DNA from: the human T2T-CHM13v2.0 reference genome, Homo sapiens
Length of the DNA stretch: 64,000 nt
NCBI RefSeq assembly: GCF_009914755.1
Contig: NC_060925.1
Strand: one strand, 5' to 3'
Shown: piece after piece, positions 43,401 through 58,500 of the stretch
How the letters are laid out: every line of letters begins with the position of its first letter
How positions within the stretch are numbered: the first letter of the stretch is position 1
The notes under the pieces: generated by a model
Told to the model about the DNA's origin: nothing
The model's database searches: none
Seen by the model: only the letters and a program-made list of their open reading frames with translations
Position numbers and translations under genes: made by a program

Positions 43401-46400
43401 GTAATCATCATCAAATGGAATCAAAAATAACCATCATCAAATGGAATCAAAAATAACCATCATCAATTGGTATTGAATGGAATTCTCATCAAATGGAATT
43501 CAAAGGAATCATCATCAAATGGAACCGAATGGAATCCTCATTGAATGGAAATGAAAGGGGTCATCATCTAATGGAATCGCATGGAATCATCATAAAATGG
43601 AATCGAATGGAATCAACATCAAATAGAATCAAATGGAATCATTGAACGGAATTGAATGGAATGGTCATCGAAAGAATTGAATGCAATCATCGAATGGTCT
43701 CGAATGGAATCATCTTCAAATGGAATGGAATGGAATCATCGCATAGAATCGAATGGAATTATCATCGAATGGAATCGAATGGAATCAACACCAAACGGAA
43801 AAAAACGGAATTATCTAATGGAATCGAAGAGAATCATCGAATGGACCAGAATGGATCATCTAATGGAATGGAATGGAATAATCCATGGACTCGAATGCAA
43901 TCATCATCGAATGGAATCGAATGGAATCATCGAATGGACTCGAATGGAATAATCATTGAACGGAATCGAATGGAATCATCATCGGATGGAAACGAATGGA
44001 ATCATCATCGAATGGAAATGAAAGGAGTCATCATCTAATGGAATTGCATGGAATCATCATCAAATGGAATCGAATGGAATCAACATCAAATGCAATCAAA
44101 TGGAATCATTGAACGGAATTGAATGGAATCGTCATCGAATGAATTGAATGCAATCATCGAATGGTCTCGAATGGAATCATCTTCAAATGGAATGGAATGG
44201 AATCATCGCATAGAATCGAATGGAATTATCATCGAATGGAATCGAATGGAATCAACATCAAACGGAAAAAAACGGAATTATCGAATGGAATCGAAGAGAA
44301 TCATCGAATGGACCCGAATGGAATCATCTAATGGAATGGAATGGAATAATCCATGGACTCGAATGGAATCATCATCGAATGGAATCGAATGGAATCATCG
44401 AATGGACTCGAATGGAATAATCATTGAACGGAATCGAATGGAATCGTCATCGGATGGAAATGAATGGAATCATCATCGAATGGAATCGAATAGAATTATG
44501 GAACGAAATCCAGTGTGATCATCATCGAATGGACCCGAATGGAATCATCATCCAACGGAAGCTAATGGAATCAACATCGAATGAATCGAATGGAAACACC
44601 ATCGAATTGAAACGAATGGAATTACCATGAAATTGAAATGGATGGACTCATCATCGAATGGATTCGAATGGAATCATCGAATAAAATTGATTGAAATCAT
44701 CATCGAATGGTATCGAATGGTATCATTGAATGGAATCGAATGGAATCATCATCAGATGGAAATGAATGGAATCGTCATAGAATGGAATCGAATGGATTCA
44801 TTGAATGGAATCAGATGGAATCATCGAATGGACTGGAATGGAATCAGTGAATGGACTCGAAAGGGATCATTATTGAATGGAATTGAATGGAATCATCGAA
44901 TGGTCTCGATTGGAATCATTATCAAATGGAATCGAATGGAATCACAGAATAGAATCGAATGGAACAATCATCGAATGGACTCAAATGGAATTATCCTCAA
45001 ATAGAATCGAATGGAATTATCGAATGCAATCGAATGGAATTATCGAATGCAATCGAATAGAATCATCGAATGGATTCGAATGGAATCATCGAATGGAATG
45101 GAATGGAACAGTCAATGAACTCGAATGGAATCATCATTGAATGGAATCGAATCGAATCATCGAGTGGAATCGAATGGAATTATGATCAAATGGAATCGAA
45201 TGTAATCATCATCAAATGGAATCAAAAATAACCATCATCAATTGGTATTGAATGGAATTGTCATCAAATGGAATTCAAAGGAATCATCATCAAATGGAAC
45301 CGAATGGAATCCTCATTGAATAGAAATGAAAGGGGTCATCATCTAATGGAATCGCATGGAATCATCATCAAATGGAATCGAATGGAATCATCATCAAATG
45401 GAATCTAATGGAATCATTGAAAGAATTGAATGGAATCATCATCGAATGAATTGAATGCAATCATCGAATGGTCTCGAATGGAATCATCTTCTAATGGAAA
45501 GGAATGGAATCATCGCATAGAATCGAATGGAATTATCATCGAATGGAATCGAATGGTATCAACACCAAACGGAAAAAAACGGAATTATCAAATGGAATCG
45601 AAGAGAATCTTCGAACGGACCCGAATGGAATCATCTAATGGAATGGAATGGAATAATCCATGGACTCGAATGCAATCATCATCGAATGGAATCGAATGGA
45701 ATCATCGAATGGACTCGAATGGAATAATCATTGAACGGAATCGAATGGAATCATCATCGGATGGAAACGAATGGAATCATCATCGAATGGAAATGAAAGG
45801 AGTCATCATCTAATGGAATTGCATGGAATCATCATCAAATGGAATCGAATGGAATCAACATCAAATGGAATCAAATGGAATCATTGAACGGAATTGAATG
45901 GAATCGTCATCGAATGAATTGAATGCAATCATCGAATGGTCTCGAATGGAATCATCTTCAAATGGAATGGAATGGAATCATCGCATAGAATCGAATGGAA
46001 TTATCATCGAATGGAATCGAATGGAATCAACATCAAACGGAAAAAAACGGAATTATCGAATGGAATCGAAGAGAATCATCGAATGGACCCGAATGGAATC
46101 ATCTAATGGAATGGAATGGAATAATCCATGGACTCGAATGCAATCATCATCGAATGGAATCGAATGGAATCATCGAATGGACTCGAATGGAATAATCATT
46201 GAACGGAATCGAATGGAATCATCATCGGATGGAAATGAAAGGAGTCATCATCTAATGGAATTGCATGGAATCATCATAAAATGGAATCGAATGGAATCAA
46301 CATCAAATGGAATCAAATGGAATCATTGAACGGAATTGAATGGAATCGTCATCGAATGAATTGAATGCAATCATCGAATGGTCTCGAATGGAATCATCTT

Positions 46401-49400
46401 CAAATGGAATGGAATGGAATCATCGCATAGAATCGAATGGAATTATCATCGAATGGAATCGAATGGAATCAACATCAAACGGAAAAAAACGGAATTATCG
46501 AATGGAATCGAAGAGAATCATCGAATGGACCCGAATGGAATCATCTAATGGAATGGAATGAAATAATCCATGGACTCGAAAGCAATCATCATCGAATGGA
46601 ATCGAATGGAATCATCGAATGGGCTCGAATGGAATAATCATTGAACGGAATCGAATGGAATCATCATCGGATGGAAACGAATGGAATCATCATCGAATGG
46701 AAATGAAAGGAGTCATCATCTAATGGAATTGCATGGAATCATCATCAAATGGAATCGAATGGAATCAACATCAAATGGAATCAAATGGAATCATTGAACG
46801 GAATTGAATGGAATCGTCATCGAATGAATTGAATGCAATCATCGAATGGTCTCGAATGGAATCTTCTTCAAATGGAATGGAATGGAATCATCGCATAGAA
46901 TCGAATGGAATTATCATCGAATGGAATCGAATGGTATCAACATCAAACGGAAAAAAACGGAATTATCGAATGGAATCGAAGAGAATCTTCGAACGGACCC
47001 GAATGGAATCATCTAATGGAATGGAATGGAATAATCCATGGACTCGAATGCAATCATCATCGAATGGAATCGAATGGAATCATTGAAAGGACTCGAATGG
47101 AATAATCATTGAACGGAATCGAATGGAATCATCATGGGATGGAAATGAATGGAATCATCATCGAATGGAATCGAATAGAATTATGGAATGAAATCCAGTG
47201 TGATCATCATCGAATGGACCCGAATGGAATCATCATCCAACGGAAGCTAATGGAATCAACATCGAATGAATCGAATGGAAACACCATCGAATTGAAACGA
47301 ATGGAATTACCATGAAATTGAAATGGATGGACTCATCATCGAATGGATTCGAATGGAATCATCGAATAAAATTGATTGAAATCATCATCGAATGGAATCG
47401 AATGGTATCATTGAATGGAATCGAATGGAATCATCATCAGATGGAAATGAATGGAATCGTCATAGAATGGGATCGAATGGATTCATTGAATGGAATCAGA
47501 TGGAATCATCGAATGGACTGGAATGGAATCATTGAATGGACTCGAAAGGGATCATTATTGAATGGAATTGAATGGAATCATCGAATGGTCTCGATTGGAA
47601 TCATTATCAAATGGAATCGAATGGAATCACCGAATAGAATCGAATGGAACAATCATCGAATGGACTCAAATGGAATTATCCTCAAATGGAATCGAATGGA
47701 ATTATCGAATGCAATCGAATGGAATTATCGAATGCAATCCAATAGAATCATCGAATGGACTCGAATGGAATCATCGAATGGAATGGAATGGAACAGTCAA
47801 TGAACTCGAATGGAATCATCATTGAATGGAATCGAATGGAATCATCGAGTGGAATCGAATGGAATTATGATCAAATGGAATCGAATGTAATCATCATCAA
47901 ATGGAATCAAAAATAACCATCATCAATTGGTATTGAATGGAATTGTCATCAAATGGAATTCAAAGGAATCATCATCAAATGGAACCGAATGGAATCCTCA
48001 TTGAATGGAAATGAAAGGGGTCATCATGTAATGGAATCGCATGGAATCATCATCAAATGGAATCGAATGGAATCATCATCAAATGGAATCTAATGGAATC
48101 ATTGAAAGAATTGAATGGAATCATCATCGAATGAATTGAATGCAATCATCGAATGGTCTCGAATGGAATCATCTTCTAATGGAAAGGAATGGAATCATCG
48201 CATAGAATCGAATGGAATTATCATCGAATGGAATCGAATGGTATCAACACCAAACGGAAAAAAACGGAATTATCGAATGGAATTGAAGAGAATCATCGAA
48301 TGGACCCGAATGGAATCATCTAATGGAATGGAATGGAATAATCCATGGACTCGAATGCAATCATCATCGAATGGAATCGAATGGAATCATCGAATGGACT
48401 CGAATGGAATAATCATTGAACGGAATCGAATGGAATCATCATCGGATGGAAACGAATGGAATCATCATCGAATGGAATCGAATAGAATTATGGAATGAAA
48501 TCCAGTGTGATCATCATCGAATGGACCCGAATGGAATCATCATCCAACGGAAGCTAATGGAATCAACATCGAATGAATCAAATGGAAACACCATCGAATT
48601 GAAACGAATGGAATTACCATGAAATTGAAATGGATGGACTCATCATCAAATGGATTCGAATGGAATCATCGAATAAAATTGATTGAAATCATCATCGAAT
48701 GGAATCGAATGGTATCATTGAATGGAATCGAATGGAATCATCATCAGATGGAAATGAATGGAATCGTCATAGAATGGAATCGAATGGATTCATTGAATGG
48801 AATCAGATGGAATCATTGAATGGACTGGAATGGAATCATTGAATGGACTCGAAAGGGATCATGATTGAATGGAATTGAATGGAATCATCGAATGGTCTCG
48901 ATTGGAATCATTATCAAATGGAATCGAATGGAATCACTGAATAGAATCGAATGGAACAATCATCGAATGGACTCAAATGGAATTATCCTCAAATGGAATC
49001 GAATGGAATTATCGAATGCAATCGAATGGAATTATCGAATGCAATCGAATAGAATCATCGAATGGACTCGAATGGAATCATCGAATGGAATGGAATGGAA
49101 CAGTCAATGAACTCGAATGGAATCATCATTGAATGGAATCGAATGGAATCATCGAGTGGAATCGAATGGAATTATGATCAAATGGAATCGAATGTAATCA
49201 TCATCAAATGGAATCAAAAATAACCATCATCAATTGGTATTGAATGGAATTGTCATCAAATGGAATTTAAAGGAATCATCATCAAATGGAACCGAATGGA
49301 ATCCTCATTGAATGGAAATGAAAGGAGTCATCATCTAATGGAATCGCATGGAATCATCATCAAATGGAATCGAATGGAATCATCATCAAATGGAATCTAA

Positions 49401-50859
49401 TGGAATCATTGAACAGAATTGAATGGAATCGTCATGGAATGAATTGAATGCAATCATCGAATGGTCTCGAATGGAATCATCTTCTAATGGAAAGGAATGG
49501 AATCATCGCATAGAATCGAATGGAATTATCATCGAATGGAATCGAATGGTATCAACACCAAACGGAAAAAAACGGAATTATCGAATGGAATCGAAGAGAA
49601 TCTTCGAACGGACCCGAATGGAATCATCTAATGGAATGGAATGGAATAATCCATGGACTCGAATGCAATCATCATCGAATGGAATCGAATGGAATCATCG
49701 AATGGACTCGAATGGAATAATCATTGAACGGAAGCGAATGGAATCATCATCAGATGGAAACGAATGGAATCATCATCGAATGGAAATGAAAGGAGTCATC
49801 ATCTAATGGAATTGCATGGAATCATCATAAAATGGAATCGAATGGAATCAACATCAAATGGAATCAAATGGAATAATTGAACGGAATTGAATGGAATCGT
49901 CATCGAATGAATTGACATCAATCATCGAATGGTCTCGAATGGAATCATCTTCAAATGGAATGGAATGGAATCATCGCATAGAATCGAATGGAATTATCAT
50001 CGAATGGAATCGAATGGAATCAACATCAAACGGAAAAAAACGGAATTATCGTATGGAATCGAAGAGAATCATCGAATGGACCCGAATGGAATCATCTAAT
50101 GGAATGGAATGGAATAATCCATGGACTCGAATGCAATCATCATCGAATGGAATCGAATGGAATCATCGAATGGACTCGAATGGAATAATCATTGAACGGA
50201 ATCGAATGGAATCATCATGGGATGGAAATGAATGGAATCATCATCGAATGGAATCGAATAGAATTATGGAATGAAATCCAGTGTGATCATCATCGAATGG
50301 ACCCGAATGGAATCATCATCCAACGGAAGCTAATGGAATCAACATCGAATGAATCGAATGGAAACACCATCGAATTGAAACGAATGGAATTATCATGAAA
50401 TTGAAATGGATGGACTCATCATCGAATGGATTCGAATGGAATCATCGAATAAAATTGATTGAAATCATCATCCAATGGAATCGAATGGTATCATTGAATG
50501 GAATCGAATGGAATCATCATCAGATGGAAATGAATGGAATCGTCATAGAATGGAATCGAATGGATTCATTGAATGGAATCAGATGGAATCATCGAATGGA
50601 CTGGAATGGAATCATTGAATGGACTCGAAAGGGATCATTATTGAATGGAATTGAATGGAATCATCGAATGGTCTCGATTGGAATCATTATCAAATGGAAT
50701 CGAATGGAATCACCGAATAGAATCGAATGGAACAATCATCGAATGGACTCAAATGGAATTATCCTCAAATGGAATCGAATGGAATTATCGAATGCAATCG
50801 AATGGAATTATCGAATGCAATCGAATAGAATCATCGAAAGGACTCGAATGGAATCATCG

Positions 50860-51001
50860 AATGGAATGGAATGGAACAGTCAATGAACTCGAATGGAATC
50901 ATCATTGAATGGAATCGAATGGAATCATCGAATGGAATGGAATGGAACTGTCAATGAACTCGAATTGAATCATCATTGAATGGAATCGAATGGAATCATC
51001 G
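50860..51001. repeat. Unique 71-bp tandem duplication
   Basis: AATGGAATGGAATGGAACAGTCAATGAACTCG starts at 50860 and AATGGAATGGAATGGAACTGTCAATGAACTCG at 50931. The unit length 50395->52242 = 1847 = 1776+71. Confidence 0.9.
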
Positions 51002-54000
51002 AGTGGAATCGAATGGAATTATGATCAAATGGAATCGAATGTAATCATCATCAAATGGAATCAAAAATAACCATCATCAATTGGTATTGAATGGAGTTGT
51101 CATCAAATGGAATTCAAAGGAATCATCATCAAATGGAACCGAATGGAATCCTCATTGAATGGAAATGAAAGGGGTCATCATCTAATGGAATCGCATGGAA
51201 TCATCATCAAATGGAATCGAATGGAATCATCATCAAATGGAATCTAATGGAATCATTGAACAGAATTGAATGGAATCGTCATCGAATGAATTGAATGCAA
51301 TCATCGAATGGTCTCGAATGGAATCATCTTCTAATGGAAAGGAATGGAATCATCGCATAGAATCGAATGGAATTAACATTGAATGGACTCGAATGGAATC
51401 AACATCAAATGGAATCAAGCGGAATTATCGAATGAAATCGAAGAGAATCATCGAATGGACTCGAATGGAATCATCTAATGGAATGGAATGGAATAATCCA
51501 CGGACTCGAATGCAATTATCATCGTATAGAATCGAATGGAATCATCGAATGGACTCGAATGGAATAACCATTGAACGGAATCGAATGGAATCATCATCGG
51601 ATGGAAACGAATGGAATCATCATCGAATGGAAATGAAAGGAGTCATCATCTAATGGAATTGCATGGAATCATCATAAAATGGAATCGAATGGAATCATCA
51701 TCGAATGGAATCAAATGGAAGCATTGAACGGAATTGAATGGAATCGTCATCGAATGAATTGAATGCAATCATCGAATGGTCTCGAATGGAATCATCTTCA
51801 AATGGAATGGAATGGAATCATCGCATAGAATCGAATGGAATTATCATCGAATGGAATCGAATGGTATCAACATCAAACGGAGAAAAACGGAATTACCGAA
51901 TGGAATCGAAGAGAATCTTCGAACGGACCCGAATGGAATCATCTAATGGAATGGAATGGAATAATCCATGGACTCGAATGCAATCATCATCGAATGGAAT
52001 CGAATGGATTCATTGAATGGACTCGAATGGAATAATCATTGAACGGAATCGAATGGAATCATCATCGGATGGAAATGAATGGAATCATCATCGAATGGAA
52101 TCGAATGGAATTATGGAATGAAATCCAGTGTGATCATCATCGAATGGACCCGAATGGAATCATCATCCAACGGAAGCTAATGGAATCAACTTCGAATGAA
52201 TCGAATGGAAACACCATCGAATTGAAACGAATGGAATTATCATGAAATTGAAATGGATGGACTCATCATCGAATGGATTCGAATGGAATCATCGAATAAA
52301 ATTGATTGAAATTATCATCAAATGGAATCGAATGGTATCATTGAATGGAATCGAATGGAATCATCATCAGATGGAAATGAATGGAATCGTCATAGAATGG
52401 AATCGAATGGATTCATTGAATGGAATCAGATGGAATCATCGAATGGACTGGAATGGAATCATTGAATGGACTCGAAAGGGATCATTATTGAATGGAATTG
52501 AATGGAATCATCGAATGGTCTCGATTGGAATCATTATCAAATGGAATCGAATGGAATCACCGAATAGAATCGAATGGAACAATCATCAAATGGACTCAAA
52601 TGGAATTATCCTCAAATGGAATCGAATGGAATTATCGAATGCAATCGAATGGAATTCTCGAATGCAATCGAATAGAATCATCGAATGGACTCGAATGGAA
52701 TCATCGAATGGAATGGAATGGAACAGTCAGTGAACTCGAATGGAATCATCATTGAATGGAATCGAATGGAATCATCGAGTGGAATCGAATGGAATTATGA
52801 TCAAATGGAATCGAATGTAATCATCATCAAATGGAATCAAAAATAACCATCATCAATTGGTATTGAATGGAATTGTCATCAAATGGAATTCAAAGGAATC
52901 ATCATCAAATGGAACCGAATGGAATCCTCATTGAATGGAAATGAAAGGGGTCATCATCTAATGGAATCGCATGGAATCATCATCAAATGGAATCGAATGG
53001 AATCATCATCAAATGGAATCTAATGGAATCATTGAACAGAATTGAATGGAATCGTCATCGAATGAATTGAATGCAATCATCGAATGGTCTCGAATGGAAT
53101 CATCTTCTAATGGAAAGGAATGGAATCATCGCATAGAATCGAATGGAATTATCATCGAATGGAATCGAATGGTATCAACACCAAACGGAAAAAAACGGAA
53201 TTATCAAATGGAATCGAAGAGAATCTTCGAACGGACCCGAATGGAATCATCTAATGGAATGGAATGGAATAATCCATGGACTCGAATGCAATTATCATCG
53301 TATAGAATCGAATGGAATCATCGAATGGACTCGAATGGAATAACCATTGAACGGAATCGAATGGAATCATCATCGGATGGAAACGAATGGAATCATCATC
53401 GAATGGAAATGAAAGGAGTCATCATCTAATGGAATTGCATGGAATCATCATAAAATGGAATCGAATGGAATCATCATCAAATGGAATCAAATGGAATCAT
53501 TGAACGGAATAGAATGGAATCGTCATCGAATGAATTGACTGCAATCATCGAATGGTCTCAAATGGAATCATCTTCAAATGGAATGGAATGGAATCATCGC
53601 ATAGAATCGAATGGAATTATCATCGAATGGATTCGAATGGAATCAACATCAAACGGAAAAAAACGGAATTATCGAATGGAATCGAAGAGAATCATCGAAT
53701 GGAGCCGAATGGAATCATCTAATGGAATGGAATGGAATAATCCATGGACTCGAATGCAATCATCATCGAATGGAATCGAATGGAATCATCGAATGGACTC
53801 GAATGGAATAATCATTGAACGGAATCGAATGGAATCATCATCGGATGGAAATGAATGGAATCATCATCGAATGGAATCGAATAGAATTATGGAATGAAAT
53901 CCAGTGTGATCATCATCGAATGGACCCGAATGGAATCATCATCCAACGGAAGCTAATGGAATCAACATCGAATGAATCAAATGGAAACACCACCGAATTG

Positions 54001-55590
54001 AAACGAATGGAATTACCATGAAATTGAAATGGATGGACTCATCATCAAATGGATTCGAGTGGAATCATCGAATAAAATTGATTGAAATCATCATCGAATG
54101 GAATCGAATGGTATCATTGAATGGAATCGAATGGAATCATCATCAGATGGAAATGAAAGGAATCGTCATAGAATGGAATCGAATGGATTCATTGAATGGA
54201 ATCAGATGGAATCATCGAATGGACTGGAATGGAATCATTGAATGGACTCGAAAGGGATCATGATTGAATGGAATTGAATGGAATCATCGAATGGTCTCGA
54301 TTGGAATCATTATCAAATGGAATCGAATGGAATCACCGAATAGAATCGAATGGAACAATCATCGAATGGACTCAAATGGAATTATCCTTAAATGGAATCG
54401 AATGGAATTATCGAATGCAATCGAATAGAATCATCGAATGGACTCGAATGGAATCATCGAATGGAATGGAATGGAACAGTCAATGAACTCGAATGGAATC
54501 ATCATTGAATGGAATCGAATGGAATCATCGAGTGGAATCGAATGGAATTATGATCAAATGGAATCGAATGTAATCATCATCAAATGGAATCAAAAATAAC
54601 CATCATCAATTGGTATTGAATGGAATTGTCATCAAATGGAATTCAAAGGAATCATCATCAAATGGAACCGAATGGAATCCTCATTGAATGGAAATGAAAG
54701 GGGTCATCATCTAATGGAATCGCATGGAATCATCATCAAATGGAATCGAATGGAATCATCATCAAATGGAATCTAATGGAATCATTGAACAGAATTGAAT
54801 GGAATCGTCATCGAATGAATTGAATGCAATCATCGAATGGTCTCGAATGGAATCATCTTCTAATGGAAAGGAATGGAATCATCGCATAGAATCGAATGGA
54901 ATTATCATCGAATGGAATCGAATGGTATCAACACCAAACGGAAAAAAACGGAATTATCGAATGGAATCGAAGAGAATCTTCGAACGGACCCGAATGGAAT
55001 CATCTAATGGAATGGAATGGAATAATCCATGGACTCGAATGCAATCATCATCGAATGGAATCGAATGGAATCATCGAATGGACTCGAATGGAATAATCAT
55101 TGAACGGAATCGAATGGAATCATCATCGGATGGAAACGAATGGAATCATCATCGAATGGAAATGAAAGGAGTCATCATCTAATGGAATTGCATGGAATCA
55201 TCATAAAATGGAATCGAATGGAATCAACATCAAATGGAATCAAATGGAATCATTGAACGGAATTGAATGGAATCGTCATCGAATGAATTGACTGCAATCA
55301 TCGAATGGTCTCGAATGTAATCAGATTCTAATGGAAAGGAATGGAATCATCGCATAGAATCGAATGGAATTAACATTGAATGGACTCGAATGGAATCAAC
55401 ATCAAACGGAATCAAGCGGAATTATCGAATGGAATCGAAGAGAATCATCGAATGGTCTCGAATGGAATCATATTCTAATGGAAAGGAATGGAATCATCGC
55501 ATAGAATCGAATGGAATTAACATTGAATGGACTCGAATGGAATCAACATCAAATGGAATCAAGCGGAATTATCGAATGAAATCGAAGAGA

Positions 55591-58500
55591 ATCATGGAAT
55601 GGACTCGAATGGAATCATCTAATGGAATGGAATGGAATAATCCACGGACTCGAATGCAATCATCATCGTATAGAATCGAATGGAATCATCGAATGGACTC
55701 GAATGGAATAATCATTGAACGGAATCGAATGGAATCATCATCGGATGGAAACGAATGGAATCATCATCGAATGGAAATGAAAGGAGTCATCATCTAATGG
55801 AATTGCATGGAATCATCATAAAATGGAATCGAATGGAATCAACATCAAATGGAATCAAATGGAATCATTGAACGGAATTGAATGGAATCGTCATCGAATG
55901 AATTGAATGCAATCATCGAATGGTCTCGAATGGAATCATCTTCAAATGGAATGGAATGGCATCATCGCATAGAATCGAATGGAATTATCATCGAATGGAA
56001 TCCAATGGAATCAACATCAAACGGAAAAATCTGAATTATCGTATGGAATCGAAGAGAATCATCGAATGGACCCGAATGGAATCATCTAATGGAGTGGAAT
56101 GGAATAATCCACGGACTCGAATGCAATCATCATCGAATGGAATCGAATGGAATCATCGAATGGACTCGAATGGAATAATCATCGAACGGAATCGAATGGC
56201 GTCATCATCGGATGGAAATGAATGGAATCATCATCGAATGGAATCGAATAGAATTATGGAATGAAATCCAGTGTGATCATCATCGAATGGACCCGAATGG
56301 AATCATCATCCAACGGAAGCTAATGGAATCAACATCGAATGAATCGAATGGAAACACCATCGAATTGAAACGAATGGAATTATCATGAAATTGAAATGGA
56401 TGGACTCATCATCGAATGGATTCGAATGGAATCATCGAATAAAATTGATTGAAATCATCAACAAATGGAATCGAATGGTATCATTGAATGGAATCGAATG
56501 GAATCATCATCAGATAGAAATGAATGGAATCGTCATAGAATGGAATCGAATGGTTTCATTGAATGGAATCAGATGGAATCATCGAATGGACTGGAATGGA
56601 ATCATTGAATGGACTCGAAAGGATTCATTATTGAATGGAATTGAATGGAATCATCGAATAGTCTCGATTCGAATCATTATCAAATGGAATCGAATGGAAT
56701 CACCGAATAGAATCGCATGGAACAATCATCGAATGGACTCAAATGGAATTATCCTCAAATGGAATCGAATGGAAATATCGAATGCAATCGAATGGAATTA
56801 TCGAATGCAATCGAATAGAATCATCGAATGGACTCGAATGGAATCATCGAATGGAATGGAATGGAATGGAACAGTCAATGAACTCGAATGGAATCATCAT
56901 TGAATGGAATCGAATGGAATCATCGAGTGGAATCGAATGGAATTATGATCAAATGGAATCGAATGTAATCATCATCAAATGGAATCAAAAATAACCATCA
57001 TCAATTGGTATTGAATGGAATTGTCATCAAATGGAATTCAAAGGAATCATCATCAAATGGAACCGAATGGAATCCTCATTGAATGGAAATGAAAGGGGTC
57101 ATCATCTAATGGAATCGCATGGAATCATCATCAAATGGAATCGAATGGAATCATCATCAAATGGAATCTAATGGAATCATTGAACAGAATTGAATGGAAT
57201 CGTCATCGAATGAATTGAATGCAATCATCGAATGGTCTCGAATGGAATCATCTTCTAATGGAAAGGAATGGAATCACCGCATAGAATCGAATGGAATTAA
57301 CATAGAATGGACTCGAATGGAATCCACATCAAACGGAATCAAGCGGAATTATCGAATGGAATCGAAGAGAATCATCGAATGGACTCGAATGGAATCATCT
57401 AATGGAATGGAATGGAATAATCCACGGACTCGAATGCAATCATCATCGTATAGAATCGAATGGAATCATTGAATGGACTCGAATGGAATAATCATTGAAC
57501 GGAATCAAATGGAATCATCATCGGATGGAAACGAATGGAATCATCATGGAATGGAAAAGAAAAGAGTCATCATCTAATGGAATTGCATGGAATCATCATA
57601 AAATGGAATCGAATGGAATCAACATCAAATGGAATCAAATGGAATCATTGAACGGAATTGAATGGAATCGTCATCGAATGAATTGAATGCAATCATCGAA
57701 TGGTCTCGAATGGAATCATCTTCTAATGGAAAGTAATGGAATCATCGCATAGAATCGAATGGAATTAAAATTGAATGGACTCGAATGGAATCAACATCAA
57801 ACGGAAAAAAAGGGAATTATCGAATGGAATCGAAGAGAATCATCGACTGGACCCGAATGGAATCATCTAATGGAATGGAATGGAATAATCCATGGACTCG
57901 AATGCAATCATCATCGAATGGAATCGAATGGAATCATCGAATGGACTCGAATGGAATAATCATTGAACGGAATCGAATGGAATCATCATCGGATGGAAAC
58001 GAATGGAATCATCATCGAATGGAAATGAAAGGAGTCATGTAATGGAATTACATGGAATCATCATAAAATGGAATTGAATGGAATCAACATCAAATGGAAT
58101 CCAATGGAATCATTGAACGGAATTGAATGAATCGTCTTCGAATCAATTGAATGCAATCATCGAATGGTCTCGAATGGAATCATGTTCAAATGGAATGGAA
58201 TGGAATCATCGCATAGAATCGAATGTAATTATCATCGAATGGAATCGAATGAAATCAACAACAAACGGAAAAAAAAAGGAATTATCGAAAGGAATCAAAG
58301 AGAATCATCGAATGGACCCGAATGGAATCATCTAATGGAATGGAATGGAATAATCCATGGACTCGAATGCAATCATCATCGAATGGAATCGAATGGAATC
58401 ATCGAATGGACTCGAATGGAATAATCATAGAACGGAATCGAATGGAATCATCATCGGATGGAAATTAATGGAATCATCATCGAATGGAATCGAATAGAAT

